This document shows, in pieces, positions 1 through 8,837 of a DNA stretch of 34,311 nt (its first letter is position 1; the number at the start of each line of letters is the position of its first letter). The translations under genes and the position numbers were made by a program. The notes under the pieces are model-generated. The model was given only the letters and a program-made list of their open reading frames with translations, did not search any database and had not been told where the DNA came from. The DNA is from Eubacteriales bacterium (GTDB lineage Bacteria; Bacillota; Clostridia; Christensenellales; Aristaeellaceae): the NCBI GenBank assembly GCA_031550455.1, contig JAVBOQ010000114.1:1-34311 (forward strand). Reading direction: 5' to 3'.

Positions 1-576
1 CGGATGGCCGCGCAACTGGCGCGCTTGCCCGGCATCGGCAGAAAGTCCGCCCACCGGCTTGCGTACCACCTTGCGGCGCAGCCGGAAGAGGCGGTGCGTG
101 AGCTTGCGGAAGCGCTGCTTGAGGGCCGCAGCGCGATCAAAATGTGCGAGCGCTGCGGCAACTACACCGACATAAGCCCCTGCGCGCTCTGCGACGACCC
201 GGACAGGCGGCATGATACGATTTGCGTCGTGCGCGATCCGCGCGACGTTGCGGCGATCGAGCGCATGCGTGAGTACGGCGGCGTGTACCACGTGCTGCAC
301 GGCACGATTTCGCCGATGGAGGGCATCGGTCCCGATGACATCCGCATTCGCGAGCTGGTGGCGCGCGTCGGCGCCGAGGCGACCGAAGAAGTCATCCTGG
401 CGACCAACCCGGACATTGAGGGAGAGGCGACCGCCTCCTACATCGCCCGCGTCCTAAAGCCGCTCGGCATCCGCGTCACAAGGCTGGCGCACGGCATGCC
501 GGTGGGCGGCGACCTGGAATATGTCGACGAGGTCACGCTGGGCCGCGCGTTTGAAGGCCGCCGCGAAATGGCATAG
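1..576 (+). CDS. recR: Recombination protein RecR, 5' end probably cut by the window edge
   Basis: ORF 4..576. [13 protein letters not shown] helix-hairpin-helix, Cys4 zinc finger (CERCGNYT...CALC), Toprim-like [14 protein letters not shown] and C-terminal GGDLEYVD are typical of RecR. The frame is open to nt 1 and only about 6 aa precede LPGIG, so the true start is probably upstream. Confidence 0.9.
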   Translation, partial: RMAAQLARLPGIGRKSAHRLAYHLAAQPEEAVRELAEALLEGRSAIKMCERCGNYTDISPCALCDDPDRRHDTICVVRDPRDVAAIERMREYGGVYHVLHGTISPMEGIGPDDIRIRELVARVGAEATEEVILATNPDIEGEATASYIARVLKPLGIRVTRLAHGMPVGGDLEYVDEVTLGRAFEGRREMA

Positions 577-597
577 CATCGCATTTGCCGGGTTACA

Positions 598-630
598 CTT
601 CCTCCGATCAACATACGGGAGGAAGTTTTT
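598..630 (+). terminator. Hairpin plus T5 run after recR; its 3' arm contains the SD of the next gene
   Basis: CTTCCTCC (598-605) pairs perfectly with GGAGGAAG (618-625). The loop is 12 nt and TTTTT follows at 626-630. ATG of the next gene is at 632. Confidence 0.4.
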
Positions 631-631
631 C

Positions 632-1222
632 ATGCGTGGAAAGTTTTTGTTGCCGATTCTGCTCGCCACGGCGCTGTGGCTGACCGGTTGCGCGTCCGAC
701 AATGCGCAGACCGCCGAGCCGACGCCGACGGTCGCCGCCTCCGAGTCGCCGTCGCCTTCGGTGGAACCTTCGCCCGCCGCTTCGCCCGCGGCAGAGGCGG
801 ACGTGTTCAAGACCGTCGGCGAGGAAGCGACGATCACCGTCGGGACGACGAAACTCAACGAGGGCGCGTACTACACCGGCGAAGGCGAGGACACCATGTC
901 GTTTCCGCTGCTTGAAATCGCCAAAGCGCTCGGTTGGGCGGCGACGGAACCAGGTTCGACGGGCGTCGTCGAGGTGCGGCTGACGCGTGACGGCATGGAC
1001 GACATCATTGTGTCCTATACGCGGCCGAAGGAAGGCATGGACGCGAAACTGCCGGACGCCGCCGTGACGAAGGGCGGCCAGTCGGTTGACCTGCCGGCGG
1101 ACGCGCTCGCGTTCATCAACGGGCGTGTGTACGCGAACGAAGCGATGATCGACAAGGTGCTGCAGGACATTGAGGTGCGCTACGACGGCGCGAAGGCGAT
1201 CACCATCGAAACCAAGGCGTAA
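632..1222 (+). CDS. Putative lipoprotein; C-terminal part resembles a copper-amine-oxidase-N-terminal-like (stalk) domain
   Basis: SD GGGAGG at 617-622 and ATG at 632 (internal Met of ORF 521..1222). Signal peptide MRGKFLLPILLATALWLTGC carries the lipobox LTGC, followed by an Ala/Pro/Ser/Glu-rich linker. The domain call is weak recollection only. Confidence 0.7.
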   Translation: MRGKFLLPILLATALWLTGCASDNAQTAEPTPTVAASESPSPSVEPSPAASPAAEADVFKTVGEEATITVGTTKLNEGAYYTGEGEDTMSFPLLEIAKALGWAATEPGSTGVVEVRLTRDGMDDIIVSYTRPKEGMDAKLPDAAVTKGGQSVDLPADALAFINGRVYANEAMIDKVLQDIEVRYDGAKAITIETKA

Positions 1223-1266
1223 TCCACAATTCCATCCGCCGGGTTCAAAAGAAACGGAGGGTCACG

Positions 1267-2043
1267 ATGCGTTTTTCCAAGATGCACGGCCTCGGAAACG
1301 ACTATGTCTATGTCAACGGGTTCACAGAGCGCGTCGACGACCCGGCGGCGCTCGCCGTTCTGGTCAGCAGGCCGCATTTCGGCGTCGGGGCGGACGGGCT
1401 GATCCTCGTGCTGCCGTCGGAACGCGCGGACTTCCGGATGCGGATGTTCAACGCGGACGGCAGCGAGGGCGCGATGTGCGGCAACGGCGCTCGCTGCGTC
1501 GCGCTGTTCTGCCGCGAACACGGATTGACGGACAAAACGACGTTCACGCTGGAAACCGGCGCGGGTATCCGAACGCTGACCCTGAACCTCCGCGGCGAAG
1601 CGGTGGAATCGGTCACGGTCGACATGGGCGCGCCGCAGGCGCTGAAGGTTGAAAAGGACTGCGTTTTCGTTTCGATGGGCAACCCGCACGCGGTGTTCTT
1701 CGTGGACGACGATCCGTTTCTGTGGGATGATTTCGCGGCGGTCGGCGCGCCGCGCTGTAAGGCGCTGGACGCGAACATCGAGTTTGTCCGGCCGCTGTCA
1801 CCCGACAATCTGCAAATGCGCGTATGGGAGCGCGGCAGCGGCGAGACGCTGGCGTGCGGCACCGGCGCGTGCGCTGCGCTTGTGGCGGCGCACACCCGGG
1901 GCCACGCCGGGCGCTGCGCGACGGTCGCGCTGCGCGGCGGCGATCTTCGTATTGACTGGCGGGCGGACAATGGTCACGTGCTGATGACCGGCCCCGCGAC
2001 GACCGTTTTTGAAGGCGACTGGCGCGGGGAAACCGCGCGATAG
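1267..2043 (+). CDS. dapF: Diaminopimelate epimerase
   Basis: 258 aa. N-terminal MHGLGNDYVYV and the two catalytic Cys contexts (MCGNGARC and LACGTGACA). SD GGAGGG upstream. Confidence 0.93.
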   Translation: MRFSKMHGLGNDYVYVNGFTERVDDPAALAVLVSRPHFGVGADGLILVLPSERADFRMRMFNADGSEGAMCGNGARCVALFCREHGLTDKTTFTLETGAGIRTLTLNLRGEAVESVTVDMGAPQALKVEKDCVFVSMGNPHAVFFVDDDPFLWDDFAAVGAPRCKALDANIEFVRPLSPDNLQMRVWERGSGETLACGTGACAALVAAHTRGHAGRCATVALRGGDLRIDWRADNGHVLMTGPATTVFEGDWRGETAR

Positions 2044-2063
2044 GCGAGGGAGCGAGGGATTCA

Positions 2064-3257
2064 ATGTCGACCGTCAATGCGCGCCTGGCGGCATTGCACG
2101 GAAGCTACTTATTCTCCGAGATTGGGCGGCGGGTCGCCCTTTTTTCGCAGGAGAACCAAAATCAGAGGAAGCCGCGCCTGATCAAGCTTGGCATCGGCGA
2201 CGTGACGCTGCCGCTTGCGCCCGCCGTCGTCGACGCGCTGAAAAAGGCCGCGGGCGAGATGGGCCGCAAGGAAACGTTCCGCGGGTACGCGCCGTCCGCC
2301 GGTTATCCTTTTCTGATTGACGCGATACGCGAGACGGAATACGCGCCGCTCGGCGTTTTGCTGTCGCCAGACGAGATTTTCATATCCGACGGCGCGAAGA
2401 GCGATACCGCCAATTTTCAGGAATTGCTTGATCCCGGCGCGGTCGTCGCGGTCTGCGACCCGGTGTACCCGGTGTATGCCGACAGCAACCGGATGGCGGG
2501 GCGCGAGATCGTGCGCGTGCCGTGCGTCGCGGAGAACGGCTTTCTGCCCGTGCCGCCGGACGCGCGCGCCGATGCGGTCTACCTGTGCAGCCCGAACAAC
2601 CCGACCGGCGCCGCGCTAACACGGGCCGCGCTGTCCGCCTGGGTGGCATGGGCGCGGGAGCGCGGCGCGCTGCTTTTGTACGACGCGGCCTACCGCGCGT
2701 ACATCACGTCCGTGGACGCGCCGCGCAGCGTGTTTGAGATTGACGGCGCGAAGGAAGTCGCGGTCGAATGCATGAGCTTCAGCAAGAGCGCCGGGTTCAC
2801 GGGGCTGCGCTGCGCCTGGATCGTCGTCCCGCGTGAAAACAGATGGGGCATGAACGCGCTCTGGGCGCGCCGCGTGGCGACCAAGTCTAACGGCGTCGCC
2901 TACCCGGTGCAGCGCGCGGGCGAAGCCGCGCTTTCGCCGGCCGGGCATGCGCAGTCGATGGAAAACGTCCGGTACTACATGGAAAACGCGCGGATTTTGC
3001 GCGATGCGCTGCTGTCGTCCGGGCGCATGGTGTTCGGCGGAACCGACGCGCCGTACCTGTGGACCGCCTGCCCGGGCGGCCTTTCCGGCTGGGACTGGTT
3101 CGACCGGTTGCTGCGCGAAAAAGGGATCGTCTGCACGCCGGGCGAAGGCTTTGGCGCGTGTGGCGCGGGCTACGCGCGGTTCTCGTCGTTCGCGGACAGG
3201 GAAGATGTTCTGGAGGCCGCGGGAAGGCTGGGCGGGGAGGAGACGGTGGTGATGTGA
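2064..3257 (+). CDS. dapL: LL-diaminopimelate aminotransferase (DapL type)
   Basis: 397 aa. LFSEI...KLGIGDVTLPL N-terminus, SPNNPTG, and PLP-lysine context SFSKSAGFTGLRCAW. Located next to dapF. Confidence 0.88.
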   Translation: MSTVNARLAALHGSYLFSEIGRRVALFSQENQNQRKPRLIKLGIGDVTLPLAPAVVDALKKAAGEMGRKETFRGYAPSAGYPFLIDAIRETEYAPLGVLLSPDEIFISDGAKSDTANFQELLDPGAVVAVCDPVYPVYADSNRMAGREIVRVPCVAENGFLPVPPDARADAVYLCSPNNPTGAALTRAALSAWVAWARERGALLLYDAAYRAYITSVDAPRSVFEIDGAKEVAVECMSFSKSAGFTGLRCAWIVVPRENRWGMNALWARRVATKSNGVAYPVQRAGEAALSPAGHAQSMENVRYYMENARILRDALLSSGRMVFGGTDAPYLWTACPGGLSGWDWFDRLLREKGIVCTPGEGFGACGAGYARFSSFADREDVLEAAGRLGGEETVVM

Positions 3258-3269
3258 GGGGTGGATTAA

Positions 3270-3290
3270 GGGACGCCAAAGGGCGCTCCC
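3270..3290. repeat. Solo fragment of the GGGACGCC-type intergenic repeat (hairpin after dapL)
   Basis: GGGACGCCAAAGGGCGCTCCC is nearly identical to the first 24 nt of the 86-bp element at 16176 (GGGGGACGCCAAAGGGCGCTGCCC). It folds as GGGA-CGCC / GGCG-(C)-TCCC. Confidence 0.4.
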
Positions 3291-3362
3291 CTTTCATTGA
3301 CATACCCCTGCCCATCCGATACAATGACGCCAACCACTACCGGCGTATCGGAGGATTGCGGC

Positions 3363-4502
3363 ATGGCGCACAGGGTGCTTTGCGGTCTGGATCAGATTGA
3401 AACCGTGGACGACGTCCTCAAAGGCAGGCGGCTTGGGCTGATGACCAACCCGACCGGCGTCACGCATGATTTGAAAAGCGCCATTGGGATCCTTTTCGGG
3501 CGATACAGCCTGACCGCGCTGTTCGCGTGCGAACACGGCATCCGCGGCGATCTTCAGGCGGGAGTTCACGTCGAGACGGCGGTCGACGCGGAGACCGGCG
3601 TGACCGTGTACAGCACCTACGCGGGCGGCCACCGCCTGACTGCGGAGATGCTCGACGCGTTTGATGTGTTTGTGTTCGATATGCAGGATGTCGGCGTGCG
3701 GTTTTTCACGTACCTGTATTCGCTGTCCTACGCGATGGAGGCATGCGCGAACGCCGGAAAGCCGGTCGTTGTGCTCGACCGGATGAATCCGGTCAGCGCG
3801 GCGCGGACGAGCGGCACGATCCTTGACAACCGGTTCCAGTCGTTCGTCGGACGCTACGAACTGCCGTCGCAGACCGGGCTGACGATCGGCGAATACGCGC
3901 TGTACGTCAGGGATTACCTGAAGCTCGACGTCGATCTGACGGTCGTGCCGCTCGGGGACTATCGCAGGTCGATGTTCCTGGACGACACCGATACGCCCTG
4001 GATCGCGCCGTCGCCGAACTGCGCGACGCTGCACGCGGCGCTCTGCTATGTCGGTACCTGCGCTTTTGAAGGCACAAACTGTTCCGAAGGGCGCGGCACG
4101 ACGCTGCCGTTTGAACTGATCGGCGCGCCGTGGATTGATCCGGCCGCGCTGGAGACGACGATGGCGCGGATCGACGTGCCCGGCGTCCGGTTCCGGCGCG
4201 CCAGCTTTACGCCGATGTTTGGCAAGCATGCGGGCGCGCTCTGCCACGGCGTGCAGATGCACATCGTTGACCGCGCCGTGATGGAACCGTTTGCCGGCGC
4301 GATGCTGCTGATGGACGCGATGCGTGAACAGAACCCGGAGAAGTTTAATTTTGTCACCTGGGACGGCCGCCACGCGATCGACAGGCTGCTCGGCACCGAC
4401 GCGTACCGGCTCGGCATGTCCGCGGAAGCGCTGATTGAGGCGCACCGCCCGGGCGTGCGGCGTTTCCAGGAAATGGCGAAAGCGTTCCATCTTTACGCAT
4501 AG
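3363..4502 (+). CDS. DUF1343 family protein (exo-beta-N-acetylmuramidase NamZ/YbbC-like)
   Basis: ORF 3297..4502. Start chosen at ATG 3363, 8 nt after GGAGGA (3349-3354). GLMTNPTGV near the N-terminus and the overall length fit DUF1343. Confidence 0.8.
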   Translation: MAHRVLCGLDQIETVDDVLKGRRLGLMTNPTGVTHDLKSAIGILFGRYSLTALFACEHGIRGDLQAGVHVETAVDAETGVTVYSTYAGGHRLTAEMLDAFDVFVFDMQDVGVRFFTYLYSLSYAMEACANAGKPVVVLDRMNPVSAARTSGTILDNRFQSFVGRYELPSQTGLTIGEYALYVRDYLKLDVDLTVVPLGDYRRSMFLDDTDTPWIAPSPNCATLHAALCYVGTCAFEGTNCSEGRGTTLPFELIGAPWIDPAALETTMARIDVPGVRFRRASFTPMFGKHAGALCHGVQMHIVDRAVMEPFAGAMLLMDAMREQNPEKFNFVTWDGRHAIDRLLGTDAYRLGMSAEALIEAHRPGVRRFQEMAKAFHLYA

Positions 4503-4596
4503 TGCGCTGTTTTTGTTATTGGAGGAAACAAATTCCGCTTCTGTCTCGTTATCATAGCGATGCGAAACAATCAGACATGTAGGAGATTCCAGACGA

Positions 4597-5058
4597 TTGG
4601 AAGATTTGATACCATACCTGACGGTGCTGGGCCTGTCGATGGTGCCGGTGATCGAGTTGCGCGGCGCGATCGTCGCCGGGATGGCCATGGGCCTGCCGCT
4701 CGACCTGGTGCTGGCGACGGCGATAGTCGGCAATATGCTGCCGGTGCCGTTCATTTTGCTGTTCATCCGGCGCGTTTTCGGCTGGATGAAAAAAAAGAGC
4801 GGGCGCATGCGGCGGCTGGCGCAGTGGCTGGAGGAACATGCCGGAAAAAAAGCGGGCGTGGTGTACAAGTACGAAGTATGGGGACTGATGATCTTTGTCG
4901 CGATTCCGCTCCCGGGAACCGGCGCGTGGACCGGCGCGCTGATCGCGGCGCTGCTGGACATCCGGCTGCGCGTCGCGATTCCGGTGATCTTCGCGGGCGT
5001 CGTCATCGCGGGCATCGCGGTGACCGCGCTCAGCTATGGCGTCGGCGCGCTTTTCTGA
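4597..5058 (+). CDS. Small membrane protein, putative small multidrug export protein family (Sm_multidrug_ex / COG2426-like)
   Basis: 153 aa. TTG start at 4597 with AGGAG at 4581-4585. About 4 hydrophobic helices. N-terminal LSMVPVIELRGAIVAGMAMGL is typical of this family. Confidence 0.7.
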   Translation: MEDLIPYLTVLGLSMVPVIELRGAIVAGMAMGLPLDLVLATAIVGNMLPVPFILLFIRRVFGWMKKKSGRMRRLAQWLEEHAGKKAGVVYKYEVWGLMIFVAIPLPGTGAWTGALIAALLDIRLRVAIPVIFAGVVIAGIAVTALSYGVGALF

Positions 5059-5075
5059 CCGCGCTTTCGCTGCTT

Positions 5076-6938
5076 TTGATCTTCGCCTCGTCCGTGCCGC
5101 CGCGCATTGCGCGCGCGGAGGAGCAGGCGCTGGTCATTTTTGTGTCTCCGGCCGGATCGGACGAGGGATCCGGCCTGTATGAGGATCCGATGCGCACGCT
5201 GGAAGCCGCGCTGCAAAAAGTCGTCCAGAACAGGACTGCGACGTCCGCGACGATCTGGATGCACGGCGGCGAATACCGAATCGAGCGGACAATCACGCTG
5301 TCCGGCGAGCTGACGATCCCGCTGTCGATCCGCGCCTACACCGGCGAAACGCCTGTGCTGACCGGGTCGGCGCCGGTGACCGGATTTGTCGAAACGCAGC
5401 GGCTCGGGCAAACCGTCTGGATGGCGTCGGTGCACACCCTCCGGCTGATGTCGCTGTACGGCGGCCGGGGTCCGCTGCAGCCCGCGCGCTGGCCCAAGCA
5501 GGGCGTGCTCCGGGTGCAAAAAGCGGACATGCAGGACGCGTTCACCGGCGGCAGCGAGAAGCAGAAGCAGTTCTCCGCGTTTTACGCGCTTCCGGCGGAT
5601 GTGCCGATGCGGATGGACGGCGCGCTCGTGCGCATGGCGCACTTTTGGAAGGACGAGCTGTCCGGCGTGCGTTCCTACGACCCGGCGACCGGCAGGCTGG
5701 CGATGAACCGCCCCACCGCGATGACCGTCGAGGCGGGCGACGCGTACTGGCTGGAAAACGTGCTGTCCGCGCCGATGCTGCCGGGCGAGTGGGCATTTGA
5801 TCGGAACAATCAGGCGCTCTACTACGCGCCGCGCGAGGGCGAGCGCATCGACGAAACCGTGCTGTACGCCCCGGTGACGCGCCGCCTGATAACGATCGAC
5901 GGCGTGCGCGATCTTACCTTCGACCGCATCACATTCGCACAGACCGGATGGCAGATTCCGTTCGAAGACCGGTTTCCGGACTATCCGCAGGCCGGGTTTG
6001 ACGCCGACGCCGCGATCGGCGTGCGGCACGCGTCCGGCGTCAAGTTCGATCACTGCGTGTTCCGCGACATCGGCGAGGCCGCGATCCGGATCGAAAACGG
6101 CGTCACGGATTCCGTCATCAGCAGGTGCACGTTTGAAAACATCGGCGCGCAGGCGCTGTATGTGTTGGGCGTCGGGTCCGAACTGAATCCCGCGCCGATC
6201 GAGCGCCTGACGGTTACGAACAACTTAATCCGCGGCTACGGCAGAAACCTCAAAAACGCTGCCGGCATCCTCTGGATCCACGCGCGCGACAGCGTCATTT
6301 CGCACAACGAGATTCAGGACGGGTACTACACGGCCATTTCGGTCGGGTGGGTTTGGGGCGCCGGGTACAACGCCACCTACAACATGCGCATCGAGGACAA
6401 CCTGATCTACAACATCGGCCAGGGCCTGCTGTCCGACCTTGGCGGCATCTATCTATTGGGCAACCAGCCGTATACGATGGTCACCGGGAATGTCATTCAT
6501 TCTGTGCGCGGCGCGGAGTACGGCGGCTGGGGCATCTACCTCGACGAAGGCGCGTCCGGCATTTTTGTCGGCAACAACCTTGTCTACGGCTGCTCCTCAC
6601 AGGGTTTTTTCCAGCACCTCGGCGTGCGCAACACGGTCGTCAACAACATTTTCGCCTACAATGAAGAGGGGCAGGTCGGCACATCCGACAAGGAAGGCAA
6701 GGGCACGTTCGCGCTGGCCAACAATGTGCTGGCCGGGGCCGGCGAGATGATCCGCAAGATCACCGGCAAGGAGCGCGTTGAAAAGGGCGAAAACCAGCTT
6801 TTCGCCAGTTTTTCGCCCTTTATGGACGTTGAAATGGGTGACTTTACGCTTCGCGGGGATTTGGATCTGGGCGGGTTCGTCCCCTGGGTCTACACGGCCG
6901 GAAACGAGCCGGAGATTGAGATTACACAGGTATACTGA
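5076..6938 (+). CDS. Right-handed parallel beta-helix repeat protein (pectate-lyase-fold, probably secreted); start codon unresolved
   Basis: C-terminal roughly 620 aa of ORF 4560..6938. Repeated beta-helix turns (NNLIRGYGRN, ISHNEIQDGYYTAISVG, IEDNLIYNIG, VTGNVIHSV, VGNNLVYGC, VVNNIFAYN). TTG 5076 is the first ATG/GTG/TTG after the upstream gene, but the signal-peptide-like segment begins earlier (see finding). Confidence 0.7.
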   Translation: MIFASSVPPRIARAEEQALVIFVSPAGSDEGSGLYEDPMRTLEAALQKVVQNRTATSATIWMHGGEYRIERTITLSGELTIPLSIRAYTGETPVLTGSAPVTGFVETQRLGQTVWMASVHTLRLMSLYGGRGPLQPARWPKQGVLRVQKADMQDAFTGGSEKQKQFSAFYALPADVPMRMDGALVRMAHFWKDELSGVRSYDPATGRLAMNRPTAMTVEAGDAYWLENVLSAPMLPGEWAFDRNNQALYYAPREGERIDETVLYAPVTRRLITIDGVRDLTFDRITFAQTGWQIPFEDRFPDYPQAGFDADAAIGVRHASGVKFDHCVFRDIGEAAIRIENGVTDSVISRCTFENIGAQALYVLGVGSELNPAPIERLTVTNNLIRGYGRNLKNAAGILWIHARDSVISHNEIQDGYYTAISVGWVWGAGYNATYNMRIEDNLIYNIGQGLLSDLGGIYLLGNQPYTMVTGNVIHSVRGAEYGGWGIYLDEGASGIFVGNNLVYGCSSQGFFQHLGVRNTVVNNIFAYNEEGQVGTSDKEGKGTFALANNVLAGAGEMIRKITGKERVEKGENQLFASFSPFMDVEMGDFTLRGDLDLGGFVPWVYTAGNEPEIEITQVY

Positions 6939-8175
6939 ACGCCTCCATCGCGTACCGCTCCGCCTCCAGGTTCCACAGCATCGCATGGCGCGCGCAGATC
7001 TCATGCAGTTTGAGGAAGCGCGCGTCGGTTTTTCCGGCCTCTTCAAACGCGTCGATTGCGGTCAGCGGCATTTCAAGGTGCGTATAGATAAGCTTTTTCC
7101 CGCCCGGAATCTTCGGCAGGTTCAGGGTCGTCTCCGCCGCGACGGACAGGCCGCCTACGTGCGTCACCATGCAGGCGGGCCGGATCAGGCCTTTTGAGGC
7201 CATTTCCAGCGACTCCTTCATGTCGTCGATGTTGCCGCCGCTGGTGCCGACGATGTGCGTGAAAGCGTAATGGACGTTATAGAAATTCATCAGCGCCGAG
7301 AAGCCCGTGTCGGAGGGCCCGGCGAAGAAGTTCAGGCAGCCGTCCCGGCCGAGCAGCCGGTCTGCCTGTTCGACGACCGGTTTGACCGGCGCCAGCACAA
7401 ATATGTCGTCAAACCCGTCCCCGCCGGCCGCGGCGAGCATTTCCGCGTCATCCCTGCCCGACAGGTATGTCAGCTTGACGCCCATGCGCGCGCCTTCTTC
7501 CGGCGGGAACAGCGCGGCAGCGCGCGACAGGCGCGCCTGGTCGATGTCGGTGACGACCAGCGCGGACGGCCTGCGGTCGCAGTGCAGCGCGTAGTCGATC
7601 GCGCCGAGGCCCATCGGCCCCGCGCCCGCGAGAATCGCCATCCGGCCGCCTTCGCGGATGCCCATTTCGTGCCGGTAGACGCCGTTTTTCGTGTGATACG
7701 ACGCGTGGAACGCGCCGACGATGCAGCTCATCGGCTCCGCGAGCGACCCTTCGAAGAAGCTCTCGCCCGCGTAGGGCAGCAGGCATCCGAGTTCCATCAC
7801 CTCGCGCGACAGGACGATGTACGTCGCCGCGCCGCCCATGTAGGGATAGGAATATCCCGGCGAGTCCAGCGACCCCTTGTAGTTTAACGCGGTTTGGACG
7901 GTGAACCGCTGGCCGGGCTGATACCGGTCTTGCCATTCCTTGCCGACCTCGACGATTTCGCCGCAGAATTCATGGCCGATGATGATCGGGTTGGACGCGA
8001 TGTCCTTCGGCACGCGCTTGTGCGCCGCGCCCTGTATCGCGGCTTTGTACGAGGACATGCAAACGCTGTCGGACATGACCCGGCAGAGCACCTCGCCCTC
8101 CTTGATCGGCGGCAGTTCGAACGATTCCAGCCTGAGATCCGAAGCCCCGTACAGGCGAAGCGCAGTGGTTTTCAT
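6922..8175 (-). CDS. Zinc-binding MDR-family dehydrogenase (L-sorbose-1-phosphate-reductase-like)
   Basis: 417 aa. GHEFCGEIVEVG zinc/catalytic motif, Rossmann GAGPMGLGAIDYAL, and a long C-terminal extension as in SorE-like enzymes. SD AAGAAGGTG. Confidence 0.8.
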   Translation of the reverse strand: MKTTALRLYGASDLRLESFELPPIKEGEVLCRVMSDSVCMSSYKAAIQGAAHKRVPKDIASNPIIIGHEFCGEIVEVGKEWQDRYQPGQRFTVQTALNYKGSLDSPGYSYPYMGGAATYIVLSREVMELGCLLPYAGESFFEGSLAEPMSCIVGAFHASYHTKNGVYRHEMGIREGGRMAILAGAGPMGLGAIDYALHCDRRPSALVVTDIDQARLSRAAALFPPEEGARMGVKLTYLSGRDDAEMLAAAGGDGFDDIFVLAPVKPVVEQADRLLGRDGCLNFFAGPSDTGFSALMNFYNVHYAFTHIVGTSGGNIDDMKESLEMASKGLIRPACMVTHVGGLSVAAETTLNLPKIPGGKKLIYTHLEMPLTAIDAFEEAGKTDARFLKLHEICARHAMLWNLEAERYAMEAFSIPV

Positions 8176-8227
8176 GTGTGCGCACCTTCTTTTTTATGTG
8201 TTGCAAGCGGTATGCTTTCCGTTGCGT

Positions 8228-8257
8228 ATAGTAGCATCAACCTTTCCAATATGTCAA
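8228..8257 (-). promoter_or_regulatory. Putative sigma-A promoter of the dehydrogenase gene
   Basis: On the minus strand: TTGACA (8252-8257), 18-nt spacer, TGc-TACTAT extended -10 (8228-8236). Confidence 0.4.
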
Positions 8258-8354
8258 GCAAGCGGGAAACCGGCCGGGTTCCATAAATCTTTGCCGCCCA
8301 TAGCGCGTCTAATGAATGTAACGTTCGTCTGCCCGGCGGAGGTGGTGCGTTTTA

Positions 8355-8837
8355 ATGGACAAAGAGACTTTTGTCGCGCTGGTGGAGGCGAAAAGCCAGA
8401 TGCTGTTCCGCGTCGCGCGCGCGATGCTCGAACGCAAAGAGGACTGCGACGACGCGCTGCAAGAAAGCGTCCTGAAGGCATGGGCGTCGCGCCATACGCT
8501 ACGCGACGAGCGGTATTTCGCCACATGGATCACGCGGATCGTCATCCATGAGTGCCGTAATTTGCAGCGCAGACAGCGCAAATACCGCCTGATCGCCGAC
8601 ATTCCGGCGGCTCGGGCCGACAAGCCGCCCGATCCTGACCTGCGGCACGCGCTTGGCAGCCTGCCGGAAAAGCTACGGCTGCCGATTGTGCTGCACTACA
8701 TTGAGGGCTACGCGGTGGCGGAGATTGCCGCGATGCTCAGACTGCCGGTCACGACCGTCCGCAACCGCCTCTACGCGGGGCGGCGGCAGTTGCGGCTTGA
8801 CTTGAACGAAGAGGAGGCGCTGTCCGATGACACGTGA
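8355..8837 (+). CDS. ECF-type RNA polymerase sigma-70 family factor
   Basis: 160 aa. Region 2 (DALQESVLKAW...FATWITRIVIHECRNLQRR) and region 4 (LPEKLRLPIVLHYIEGYAVAEIAAMLRLPVTTVRNRLYAGRRQL). Confidence 0.9.
   Translation: MDKETFVALVEAKSQMLFRVARAMLERKEDCDDALQESVLKAWASRHTLRDERYFATWITRIVIHECRNLQRRQRKYRLIADIPAARADKPPDPDLRHALGSLPEKLRLPIVLHYIEGYAVAEIAAMLRLPVTTVRNRLYAGRRQLRLDLNEEEALSDDT

Noticed and set aside
4503-4596. Possible riboswitch in front of the small multidrug-export-family gene
   Set aside because: The region is only 94 nt, with no conserved riboswitch core I can recognise (no guanidine/ykkC-like, Mn or fluoride motifs) and no terminator/antiterminator pair.
3294-5015. Very long antisense or alternative-frame ORFs (for example 3294..5015 -, 5034..6053 -, 13536..14708 -, 14513..15934 -, 16262..17380 -, 18163..19839 -, 25999..27360 -, 8749..9759 -)
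   Set aside because: They are Arg/Pro/Gly/Ala-rich low-complexity translations opposite well-supported genes. This is the usual stop-codon-poor artefact of a high-GC genome, and none shows a recognisable motif.
5047-5060. Programmed -1 frameshift fusing the small export protein to the beta-helix protein
   Set aside because: No X XXY YYZ slippery heptamer lies in the upstream frame at GCG CTT TTC TGA. The 153-aa upstream protein already has the normal family length.
8260-8345. ECF-type promoter upstream of the sigma gene (GGAAAC at 8265-8270, TGTAAC at 8317-8322, CGTCT at 8306-8310)
   Set aside because: None of the -35-like hexamers is followed by a CGTx -10 element at a 16-17 nt spacing, so no call was made.
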